DNA of 64,000 bases, taken from the IMG/VR virus record IMGVR_UViG_3300010885_031309; one strand, 5' to 3'. A model generated the notes under the pieces. The model saw only the letters and a program-made list of their open reading frames with translations, did no database searches and was not told the DNA's origin. The stretch comes from a virus. Lineage: Duplodnaviria; Caudoviricetes. A program made the translations under genes and the position numbers. How positions within the stretch are numbered: the first letter of the stretch is position 1; every line of letters begins with the position of its first letter. This document shows, piece by piece, positions 25,169 through 33,918 of the stretch.

Positions 25169-27175
25169 ATGGCCGATAAAAAAACAGCGGAACAATGGAA
25201 GCAGACTGCTACAGAATTGAAGAAAAAGTTAGATACACTAACCAAAGAGTTTTCTGACATAAATTCAAACATACAAGAATCTTCCGATATAGTAGCTGAC
25301 GCTGAAAATTCATATCAGCGTGCTAGTAATAATTTGGTTAATTTATTAGCTAGCGGTGCAAACACAGAAGATTTACAAAAGGCAAGAGCACAGGTAGCAG
25401 AAACTAGGTCATATCTTAATAGTAGTAAAGATAATCTAGCTGCGTATAACAACTTAAAATCTCAATACAATCAACAAGTAAATCAGTTAAATTCAAACAT
25501 TCTAGCGGCAGAGCAACAGATACAAAAAGCCGAGTCTAGTCCAACAGGTACAACATCAAACACTTCACCAGCTAATTCTAATCCTGGTAATAATACAGAT
25601 GCCTCTACTACAGATACTAGTCAATTGCCAACACAATCTGCAACTCCCGTAACAGATACTGGTGTTGCACAAACTTTTGCCGTAGATCCCAGACCAGTTC
25701 CGCAATCGCGAGCTAATGAGGATCAGAATACTACAGACGCAGACACAACAACTAGATCTATTTCCACTGCGACTCCCGTAACAGATACTGGTGTTGCACA
25801 AACTTTTGCCGTAGATCCCAGACCAGTTCCGCAATCGCGAGCTATTGATGATCAGAATACAACAGACACAGACGCACCAACTAGATCCTTAAGTACTCCT
25901 CCCGTAACAGATACTGGTGTTGCACAAACTTTTGCCGTAGATCCCAGACCAGTTCCGCAATCGCGAGCTATTGATGATCAGAATACTACAGCCGCAGGCG
26001 CAACAACTAGATCCTTAAGTACTCCTCCCGTAACAGACACTGGTGTTGCACAAACTCTTGCTGTAGAACCCAGACCAGCTCCGCAATCGCGAGCTAATGA
26101 GGATCAGAATACTACAGCCGCAGGCGCAACAACTAGATCCTTAAGTGCTCCGCCAGCGACAGTCACAGACACTGAGTTTGGTGATTTAGAGGGTGCAATA
26201 AAATTACAGCAGACTATAAATCAAAACACCAGCGGCCTACCAATAATATCAAGTGATGGAAGTCAATTACCTAATTTACTAAGAAATCCAGAAACTGGTG
26301 AAGCATATACTCCTGTAAGCTCACTTGACGCTCTCAAGGTAAACTCAAACGCTTCCTCAAATAAGTCTCAGACATCTACAACTGTTGCTACTCCAAAAGA
26401 ATCAGTTGATGATTGGAGATTCAGAATTAGTTTAGCAGACAGTGCAAATTACTTCTACAAGATTGCAGAGGATGCCGATCTGCTACATCCACTAAAGGCT
26501 ACCAATGGAGTTATATATCCATACACGCCAACAATTCAAGTTTCATATGTTGCAAACTATGACAGTGTTGATTTAACTCATTCAAATTATAGATCTTATA
26601 ACTATAAAAACAGTGCTGTAGACAACATCAGTATTACTGGTGACTTTACTGCACAGGATTCAACTGAAGCTGCATATTTACTTGCAGTAATGCATTTCTT
26701 CAAATGTGCTACAAAAATGTTTTATGGAAAAGACACAAACCCAAAAGCTGGAACTCCACCGCCACTGTGTTATCTTACTGGACATGGAGCCTACACATTT
26801 GACAAACATCCAGTTGTGATTACTGGGTTTACAATTAATTATCCTAATGATGTAGATTACATAAGTACAAGGAACGATGTCAATTATTCTTTGCCAACAT
26901 ATAACAAACCAGTAATATCAAAGCCATCTAGGTTAGATAGACTCTTAAAATCAGGGCTAGACAAGGGCGGAACTGCTGCGCCGGAAGAAGTAGCTAGCAA
27001 TAAAACACAAACTAGCAACAGGCCACTGACTAGAGTTCCGTCTAAAATTCAATTATCAATAACTGCGCTTCCAATTGTGACAAGAAATAATATCAGTAAC
27101 AATTTCAGTCTTAAAGATTATGCCACTGGTTCTCTGCTAAGAGGATCTATCAACAAGATAGGAGGAATTTGGTAA
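25169..27175 (+). CDS. Baseplate tail-tube initiator-like protein (gp48/gp54-like C-domain) with N-terminal coiled coil and repeat linker
   Basis: C-terminal YPYTPTIQVSY...THSNY...ISITGDFTAQD...FFKCATKMFYG...PPPLCYL...HPVVIT; first gene of the baseplate operon. Confidence 0.6.
   Translation: MADKKTAEQWKQTATELKKKLDTLTKEFSDINSNIQESSDIVADAENSYQRASNNLVNLLASGANTEDLQKARAQVAETRSYLNSSKDNLAAYNNLKSQYNQQVNQLNSNILAAEQQIQKAESSPTGTTSNTSPANSNPGNNTDASTTDTSQLPTQSATPVTDTGVAQTFAVDPRPVPQSRANEDQNTTDADTTTRSISTATPVTDTGVAQTFAVDPRPVPQSRAIDDQNTTDTDAPTRSLSTPPVTDTGVAQTFAVDPRPVPQSRAIDDQNTTAAGATTRSLSTPPVTDTGVAQTLAVEPRPAPQSRANEDQNTTAAGATTRSLSAPPATVTDTEFGDLEGAIKLQQTINQNTSGLPIISSDGSQLPNLLRNPETGEAYTPVSSLDALKVNSNASSNKSQTSTTVATPKESVDDWRFRISLADSANYFYKIAEDADLLHPLKATNGVIYPYTPTIQVSYVANYDSVDLTHSNYRSYNYKNSAVDNISITGDFTAQDSTEAAYLLAVMHFFKCATKMFYGKDTNPKAGTPPPLCYLTGHGAYTFDKHPVVITGFTINYPNDVDYISTRNDVNYSLPTYNKPVISKPSRLDRLLKSGLDKGGTAAPEEVASNKTQTSNRPLTRVPSKIQLSITALPIVTRNNISNNFSLKDYATGSLLRGSINKIGGIW
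25643..26175 (+). repeat. Coding tandem repeat, 4 x 126-129 nt (42-43 aa)
   Basis: Units start cccgtaacaga at 25646, 25775, 25901 and 26027; they encode PVTDTGVAQTFAVDPRPVPQSRA... Confidence 0.92.
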
Positions 27176-27474
27176 TGTCTTATCCTTTGAATAGTCCTTA
27201 TTACGATAGTTACATTATTAATAATCAATACTTGGATGTAATGATTAATCGGCCAATAATTGGAGATCCATCTGATGTATATTGGACTATAACACCGACA
27301 TATCATTTGCGACCTGATTTGTTAGCATATGATTTATATAATGACAGTAGGCTGTGGTGGGTATTTTCTCAGAGAAATCCCAACACATTAAAAGATCCGC
27401 TGTTTGACTTTGTGCATGGTATTAATATTTACATACCAAAACAAACACAACTTTCCAGATTATTGGGAACTTAA
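27175..27474 (+). CDS. gp53: Baseplate wedge LysM-like protein (gp53-like)
   Basis: YHLRPDLLAYDLYNDSRLWWVF...N...DPLFDF...IYIP; TAATG coupling with the upstream gene. Confidence 0.8.
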   Translation: MSYPLNSPYYDSYIINNQYLDVMINRPIIGDPSDVYWTITPTYHLRPDLLAYDLYNDSRLWWVFSQRNPNTLKDPLFDFVHGINIYIPKQTQLSRLLGT

Positions 27475-30030
27475 ATGGCTACTGTAGTAGATGACGAAAA
27501 CAAAAACAAAGCTGAAACAGCTAACCCGTCTTCATCTGAAGATGTAATTACTACCAATTTGCGTAGAAGAAATCCTCTTAGTAATTACAGTAGTTACACA
27601 TACAATATAACATTGTACATGGTTACTCCTGAGGCAATCTCTGAATTTATAAGTTCTGGCAAATTTAAGCGAGGTAGCTCAGGATACTATATACTTGCTC
27701 AAAGCGGTGGTATACATCCATCTGAGCCTAGATTACTTACTAAAAACGACAAGCTTGGACCAGGAGCTGGATTAGATTATTATATAGAAGATTTGGATTT
27801 TGAAATACTCATGCCAGGTGGAGATAAAACTCCATCGGTGGGTACCACTATGAATTTCAAAATAGTTGAGCCTACTGGATTTACACTGTTTACTAAATGG
27901 GCCAAAGCATGTAACGCTATAAACTTAGAGAGTGAAATATTAAAACAGGGAGTAAAGCCTAATTTATTTCAACAGCATTATGTTGTTGGAATAAGATTTT
28001 ATGGATATGATGAAGCTGGAAACATTATCAGTGGGAAAGAATTTAGTCAGAAAGAAAAATCGGGATATGTAGACGCTGAAACCGCACTGACTGATGATTT
28101 TGCGTCATTTGAAAGATTTTTCCCAATTTTAATTGGAAAAGCAACATACAAGCTTGATGGAAGAGCAGTTACTTATAATATTGAAGCATTATCGCTTAAT
28201 TTACAGGCTGCATTTGGCGCTAAGCGTGGATTGATTAGAAAACAAACTAATATAGTTGCCAACACTGTTGGAGAAGCACTGCAAGCAGACGAAAAATCTA
28301 CAAACTCTAGTCGTGGTCTTATGCAAATATTAAATGAGCAAGAGCTTGAAGAACGAGATGGTAAATTAATTTCAGAGCCTACAAAGTACAGTATTGAATG
28401 GAATTTAAAAGAAACAATAAAAACTGAAAAATTAAACAATGATAAAGAATTTTTAAATCAATTGGCAGCTATGCCGGGTGTTAACCGCACTGGCGACTCA
28501 AATGCAAAAACATCAGAGAATGCACAAACAATTCCGACTGGAAAACAAGTTATTCCTATAGCGGCTGGAACTTCTATACTCAGCGTAATTGATAATATCA
28601 TTACAAAAAGTGAATACATCAGCAAAGCCATGATTGCTGAAAATGATGCAGCGATTGAAACTGCTACTAAGAAAAATCAATCTGTTCTGGAATTAAATTG
28701 GTTCACTGTTAATCCAATAGTAACGCCGATAAAGTTTGACTCAAAAACCAATGACTGGGCGTATGACATTAAGTATCAAATACAAGAGTATAAAATTCCA
28801 TATCTTAGATTTTTATATAAAGCAAGTAGTCCCAGATACTATGGACCGCATAAAGAATATAATTTCTTTTTAACTGGACAGAACACAGAAGTAATTAGTT
28901 ACGAACAAAACTACGATAATCAGTTTTATATCATTGCAGCAATGAGTACATCAAATGAAATTGATGTTACAAAAAGCGTTGGAACTGTGCCAATAAAACC
29001 TCAAGCTACTAGCGGCAAATCTCCAACACTTGGCAAACAAAACAAGGGCAGTGAAATCAACAATAATTATAGGGCAACTGTAGCAAGCGTTGCTGATCAG
29101 GCTATTGCAACAGTTAAAATTATTGGAGACCCAGACTATCTAATGCAAAATGTCAGTGCTGCTCCAAAATTTACTAGCTCTAATTTTCAAAAAATGTACG
29201 GCGGAGATGGATACAGTATAAATCCATATGGCGGTCAAATATTCTTTGAGATAATATTTAGATTAGCAGAAGATTATGCTGATGATGGACTGTTGGATGT
29301 CAACGATCAGATAAAGTTTTATTCTACATTTGATGCATCTCAGAGTAAGATAAAGGGAGTAGTGTATAGACTTATTAAGGTAAAAAATACATTTAGCAAG
29401 GGCACATTTACACAAGAGATTGAGGGTATCTTAGTACAAGAAAATCAGCTTAACTTGGATAATAAGGAATCTACTGCACAGGCTCAACGATCAGAAACCG
29501 CAGTTGAACAGGCATCTCGTCCTGAAAAACCAATAAGTAATACAACACCTACTAGAGTTACTAAAGCGCAAAGTGATAGTGTTCCAAACTCATCGGCTTC
29601 TAACTCACCGGCAGCCGAAATAAGACCAGATTTGAGAAAACCACAGAGTTCATTGGCTAAGGGAGTTCAACAGCGATTGAACAGACAATTTGGACCCGAC
29701 TCATCTGCATCAGTGCTAGCAGAAAGTCCAGCGTATATAGAGTCAAAAAATCGTGACCGGTCCTCAAGAAATGCTTTATATCGGGCAGAAGTAACTTATG
29801 GAAATCAAAAAACAATAGATACGCTTATTGGTCCAGTTGTTGATGATGAGAGTAGTACCGCTAGAACAACTAGAGCGTTAAAACAAATAAATGAAAACAT
29901 CGCAGAGAATAAAAAATTAGAAAGTAGATACAACACACAATTGATAGAAAAAATGACAAAACGGCCAGTTATTTCAATTGAAGGACTGGATCCAAAAAGT
30001 TTAATACCAAAAACTAGAGATGGTGGTTAA
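27475..30030 (+). CDS. Baseplate hub protein (gp27/gpD-like, probable)
   Basis: 851 aa between gp53 and gp5; NPLSNYSSYTYNITL, ATVKIIGDPDYL and VKNTFSKGTFTQEI motifs. Confidence 0.6.
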   Translation: MATVVDDENKNKAETANPSSSEDVITTNLRRRNPLSNYSSYTYNITLYMVTPEAISEFISSGKFKRGSSGYYILAQSGGIHPSEPRLLTKNDKLGPGAGLDYYIEDLDFEILMPGGDKTPSVGTTMNFKIVEPTGFTLFTKWAKACNAINLESEILKQGVKPNLFQQHYVVGIRFYGYDEAGNIISGKEFSQKEKSGYVDAETALTDDFASFERFFPILIGKATYKLDGRAVTYNIEALSLNLQAAFGAKRGLIRKQTNIVANTVGEALQADEKSTNSSRGLMQILNEQELEERDGKLISEPTKYSIEWNLKETIKTEKLNNDKEFLNQLAAMPGVNRTGDSNAKTSENAQTIPTGKQVIPIAAGTSILSVIDNIITKSEYISKAMIAENDAAIETATKKNQSVLELNWFTVNPIVTPIKFDSKTNDWAYDIKYQIQEYKIPYLRFLYKASSPRYYGPHKEYNFFLTGQNTEVISYEQNYDNQFYIIAAMSTSNEIDVTKSVGTVPIKPQATSGKSPTLGKQNKGSEINNNYRATVASVADQAIATVKIIGDPDYLMQNVSAAPKFTSSNFQKMYGGDGYSINPYGGQIFFEIIFRLAEDYADDGLLDVNDQIKFYSTFDASQSKIKGVVYRLIKVKNTFSKGTFTQEIEGILVQENQLNLDNKESTAQAQRSETAVEQASRPEKPISNTTPTRVTKAQSDSVPNSSASNSPAAEIRPDLRKPQSSLAKGVQQRLNRQFGPDSSASVLAESPAYIESKNRDRSSRNALYRAEVTYGNQKTIDTLIGPVVDDESSTARTTRALKQINENIAENKKLESRYNTQLIEKMTKRPVISIEGLDPKSLIPKTRDGG

Positions 30031-30032
30031 TT

Positions 30033-32723
30033 ATGGCAATTGACAGTCAGAAAAAATTAGGAACTATTGCATCGTATAAAGATGACAGAGACGGCGCTGT
30101 ACTTATTTCGCATCCAGTAATTGCAATTGTGAAAAGCAATGTAGACCCAACTCGTAATGGACAGGTATGGGTCTATATAGAAAATTATGGCGGAATTGAT
30201 CCGAACGACGCTAAGAATTGGCTTCCTGTTCGCTATATGAGTCCATATTATGGTACATCATCGGACATGGATTCCAAGAAAAACATTGACAGAACAGGCG
30301 AGGGATCATTCACTAACAATCCTCACAGTTACGGTATGTGGACTGGATCACCAAGTGTTGGCTCGCGTGTCATCTGTATATTCATTAATGGTCGCTCAGA
30401 CATGGGATACTACATTGGATATGCTCCGTCAATTGGATCTCACTCTATGGTTCCAGCGATTGCTTCTTCTAGTAATGTAGTTCCAAACGACACAGAAGCT
30501 GAAAATTATGCTGGAGCGACCAGATTACCAACAGCAGAGGTAAATCTAGGAAATCCTGGCAAGCGAAACAGCAGAACTATAAACAGCGATCCCAAGCCAA
30601 TTCACAGCTATCAAGCATCTATATTGAGTAATCAGGGCTTGGTTCGCGACAATATCAGAGGTACGATAGGTAGTAGTAGTTCTCGCGAAACACCCAGTAA
30701 TGTTGTTGGAATCAGCACGCCCGGTCGCCCGATATACGAGGGTGGATATAACAGTAAAACTATACAAGACGCGATCAAAACGGGCGACACGAGCAAATTA
30801 AAGCAAATAGGTAGTCTTGGTGGTCACTCAATAGTTATGGATGACGGTCAATTGACTGGTGAAGATCAGCTTGTGCGAATTAGAACTGGTGCGGGTCATC
30901 AAATCATGCTGAGTGATAGTGGACAGAGCGTATTTATTATACACAGTAACGGACACAGTTGGATAGAACTCGGAAAAGAGGGAACAGTTGATATATATGC
31001 CGCTAATAGTTTTAATGTAAGAACAGTTGGAGATATTAACTTTCATGCAGACAGAGACATCAATATGCATGCTAAAAGAAATCTCAATTTATTTGGAGAT
31101 TCTGTAAAAATAGATAGCGATCAAAGTATTGGAGTATATGCAGAGAAAGATATTCTCTCTCAATCAGGCGGAAAATACAGTGTAAAGTCTGGCTCTACAC
31201 TTAGTATTGAAAGTCAGGGTAATAGTAACTATAAAAGTGGGGGTATTAATTATATTCGCGGCAAAAAGATACATCTTAACACTGGAGATGGTCCTGCCGC
31301 GGACACTGTTCCAAAAGCATCTTTTAAAAATCACAAGGATACTAGCTACAGTGAAAAAGTAGGCTGGATACAACCTAGCCCAAATCCACTGTTAAGTATT
31401 GTTACACGGGCTCCAACACATCAGCCCTGGGATGGAGCAAACAAGGGCGTTGATGTAGAAATAAAAACAGTGGCTGCACCCGGGCAAGAACCTAGTGAAG
31501 ATGTAAAAGCAACAAACAATACTGCGCCAGAAGCTCCAAGCACACCTACTACTCCAGAAGCGGTTCAAACTGTTCCTGCCGCAGCAGCAGTAAAGGCAGG
31601 CTCAGAAACTCTAATTGATGGTTCAACTATGAAGGCTGCCGTATCACAGCAGGCTGCTATTAATACAACTTTAAGTGAAGCAGACAAAGCAGCACAAGGA
31701 ATCGCGCCCGGACCTGGTGGAGTCAGCATAAGACAACTAGAAGGAAATATTACTAAAGTTGGTACATCGGAATTTATTGCAGACAAAATGAAAGCAGGTA
31801 TGTCTTTTGCCGAGTCTGCTGGTAAAACATTAATGATTGGCGCAGAAGGGGCAAAAACAGCAGAACAATTTGCAACAAATGCAAAATCACAAGTTACCAC
31901 AATTGCGTCTAGTATGCAAAAATCAGCTACTGAATTAATCACCAAAGGTGTAATTTCTGGAAAAGAAGCGACAACTCAAGTAACAGGAATAGTCATGGCT
32001 GCTGCTAATTTTGGCGTCAGCACAGTTGCAAACCTTATAAAAAATCCAGCTAAAGCTATATCCGATGTAGTTACTGGTACTATTACTGGTTTAGCAGATA
32101 AAACAATTGCAGTTAAAAATATGATATCTGGTGGAAATTTTGCTGCTGGAATTGGTGATAAGCTTATGTCTGGACTAAAGGGCGTTGCCAGTAGTATATC
32201 TGAACTTGGAACTGCTGCGGCGGCAGGAGTAGCGGGTCTTACAGAAAAACTTCAAGGTGTGGCCAAAAAAGCATTTGCCGCAGTAGAGAGTTCATTTGGC
32301 AAGTTAAAAGCTGGAATTCCTAATCCTCTTGGCGGATTAAAACAAGCAAAAGAATTAAGTCAAGCGGAGTCCAATATTGCAAAATTAAATGCGGCCAGTG
32401 AAGAAGTTACTCAAGCTGAAGAAAATCTCAGAGAAGCAAAAAAACTCGCAAGACTCGCTGGTGAACAGACTGATAATTCATCAATACAACAAGCAGAAAG
32501 TTTGTTGGCTCAGGCAAAACAAAAATCAGCCAAGTTGTCAGCGGAAATCGTAGTTGGAACTAGTGATGCTTCAACAGAAACAGCAATACCAAAGACTGGA
32601 ATCAATTCATTGCCAGGTGGACTAGGAGCATTTGCTGCTCAAATCAGTAATGTAAAAAATAATGCACTTAGTACTCTTAAGAGTGCTGCTGCTAAAATAA
32701 CAGATTTAACAGGAAAAAGATAA
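30033..32723 (+). CDS. gp5: Baseplate spike protein (gp5/VgrG-like) with long helical C-terminal extension
   Basis: N-terminal OB fold (VKSNVDPTRNGQVWV...GMW...P.VGSRVICIF..G...GYYIG), GHSIVMDDG...RIRTGAGHQI, then a beta-helix region. Confidence 0.75.
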   Translation: MAIDSQKKLGTIASYKDDRDGAVLISHPVIAIVKSNVDPTRNGQVWVYIENYGGIDPNDAKNWLPVRYMSPYYGTSSDMDSKKNIDRTGEGSFTNNPHSYGMWTGSPSVGSRVICIFINGRSDMGYYIGYAPSIGSHSMVPAIASSSNVVPNDTEAENYAGATRLPTAEVNLGNPGKRNSRTINSDPKPIHSYQASILSNQGLVRDNIRGTIGSSSSRETPSNVVGISTPGRPIYEGGYNSKTIQDAIKTGDTSKLKQIGSLGGHSIVMDDGQLTGEDQLVRIRTGAGHQIMLSDSGQSVFIIHSNGHSWIELGKEGTVDIYAANSFNVRTVGDINFHADRDINMHAKRNLNLFGDSVKIDSDQSIGVYAEKDILSQSGGKYSVKSGSTLSIESQGNSNYKSGGINYIRGKKIHLNTGDGPAADTVPKASFKNHKDTSYSEKVGWIQPSPNPLLSIVTRAPTHQPWDGANKGVDVEIKTVAAPGQEPSEDVKATNNTAPEAPSTPTTPEAVQTVPAAAAVKAGSETLIDGSTMKAAVSQQAAINTTLSEADKAAQGIAPGPGGVSIRQLEGNITKVGTSEFIADKMKAGMSFAESAGKTLMIGAEGAKTAEQFATNAKSQVTTIASSMQKSATELITKGVISGKEATTQVTGIVMAAANFGVSTVANLIKNPAKAISDVVTGTITGLADKTIAVKNMISGGNFAAGIGDKLMSGLKGVASSISELGTAAAAGVAGLTEKLQGVAKKAFAAVESSFGKLKAGIPNPLGGLKQAKELSQAESNIAKLNAASEEVTQAEENLREAKKLARLAGEQTDNSSIQQAESLLAQAKQKSAKLSAEIVVGTSDASTETAIPKTGINSLPGGLGAFAAQISNVKNNALSTLKSAAAKITDLTGKR

Positions 32724-33406
32724 TGAACTCATTAGAAAAACTAATAGATCCAACAAAATTAACTGGAAACTTAGTTGGTAATTTTCAAGCTGCTGTTAAT
32801 GATTTATCAAAGTCGGTAAATTCTGAATTAACCACTCAAGCTACTAGTTTGACTGGGGAAATTTCTCAAAAATTAACATCTGGACTTTCCAGTTTAACTG
32901 GAGGACTGACTGACAAAATCTCTTCAGCGTCCAAATTAGTCGGAGCAGTCACAAATCCAGCCGGCTTACTGGGAAAATTAGCAGGAAATGCAACAGGGGC
33001 ATTCTCTCAAGTTCAAAGTCTACTAGACAGTGTTGGAAATATGCCAGGTCAGATAAAAGCCCCGGTACTAGCATCTAATACTATAGATACAAGCGCGATA
33101 ACTGCAAAAATTGGAAAATTATTAGGCGACTCTAGAATTCCGCCTCCTGTTTTTGAAGAATTTGCATCTGATATCAAGTCAAACTCATATCAGAAGGCAC
33201 AGAGCGAGGCTCTTAGTAAAGTAGGTGAAATTGAAAGCAAGATAGAACTTCTGAAGATTAAACTTTCTGACATTCTTTCAAATGACGCGCAGTCCATGTT
33301 AAAGATCAAGGACTTTAATAAACAGATAGCTGCTCTGAATTCAGAGTTAGTGACATCACAACAGACATATGAGCGTGTCATAACAGGCAAAAACAATTCA
33401 GCATAA
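32723..33406 (+). CDS. Hypothetical tail-associated helical protein
   Basis: 227 aa, TAATG-coupled to gp5, same low-complexity Ser/Leu/Gly/Lys composition as the gp5 tail. Confidence 0.6.
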   Translation: MNSLEKLIDPTKLTGNLVGNFQAAVNDLSKSVNSELTTQATSLTGEISQKLTSGLSSLTGGLTDKISSASKLVGAVTNPAGLLGKLAGNATGAFSQVQSLLDSVGNMPGQIKAPVLASNTIDTSAITAKIGKLLGDSRIPPPVFEEFASDIKSNSYQKAQSEALSKVGEIESKIELLKIKLSDILSNDAQSMLKIKDFNKQIAALNSELVTSQQTYERVITGKNNSA

Positions 33407-33415
33407 ATATTTAAT

Positions 33416-33868
33416 ATGACAATATTTGCCGGGTTCAGCACACAAAGCGTTAACAAGCGTTTACAAATTAATCAACAGACTGTTGGTGGTGGAGTGGGTA
33501 CTATAACTCAACCGTCACAACTTGGCAAAAAATTTCGTTTAACAGACGAGCAATTGGTAATTCAGGATTTAGTAAACGCACTCAGTATAAAGCAGGGCGA
33601 TAAAGTTGGGAATCCTGGATATGGAACCACACTGTGGGAATTTTTATTTGATCCCAATACATCAGATGTTGTCAAACAACTTGAAACAGAAATTCGTAGA
33701 GTTGCTGGAACTGATCCTAGGATTCAACTAGATAATGTCAATGCATACTCGTATGAAAACGGTATATTGATAGAAGTGCAAGCTACTATTCAACCATTAA
33801 ACAGTTATGTGGAGTTTGGGTTATTAATAGACAAGCAAACTGGCACAATTCAGAACATGACAACTTAA
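33416..33868 (+). CDS. gp25: Baseplate wedge subunit gp25
   Basis: FRLTDEQLVIQDLVNALSIKQGDKVGNPGYGTTLWEFLFDP...DPRI; late promoter CATAAATA at 33402-33409. Confidence 0.9.
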   Translation: MTIFAGFSTQSVNKRLQINQQTVGGGVGTITQPSQLGKKFRLTDEQLVIQDLVNALSIKQGDKVGNPGYGTTLWEFLFDPNTSDVVKQLETEIRRVAGTDPRIQLDNVNAYSYENGILIEVQATIQPLNSYVEFGLLIDKQTGTIQNMTT

Positions 33869-33918
33869 AAGTTTAGTTTTTGAAACGGATAAATACTCTA
33901 TCATAGGATAATTATAAA

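Noticed and set aside
25643-26175. CRISPR-like array
   Set aside because: Units are near-identical along their length (no unique spacers) and keep the reading frame of a protein.
32710-32726. -1 frameshift fusing gp5 to the next ORF
   Set aside because: GGA AAA AGA TAA is not an X XXY YYZ heptamer, and a TAATG stop-start overlap explains expression.
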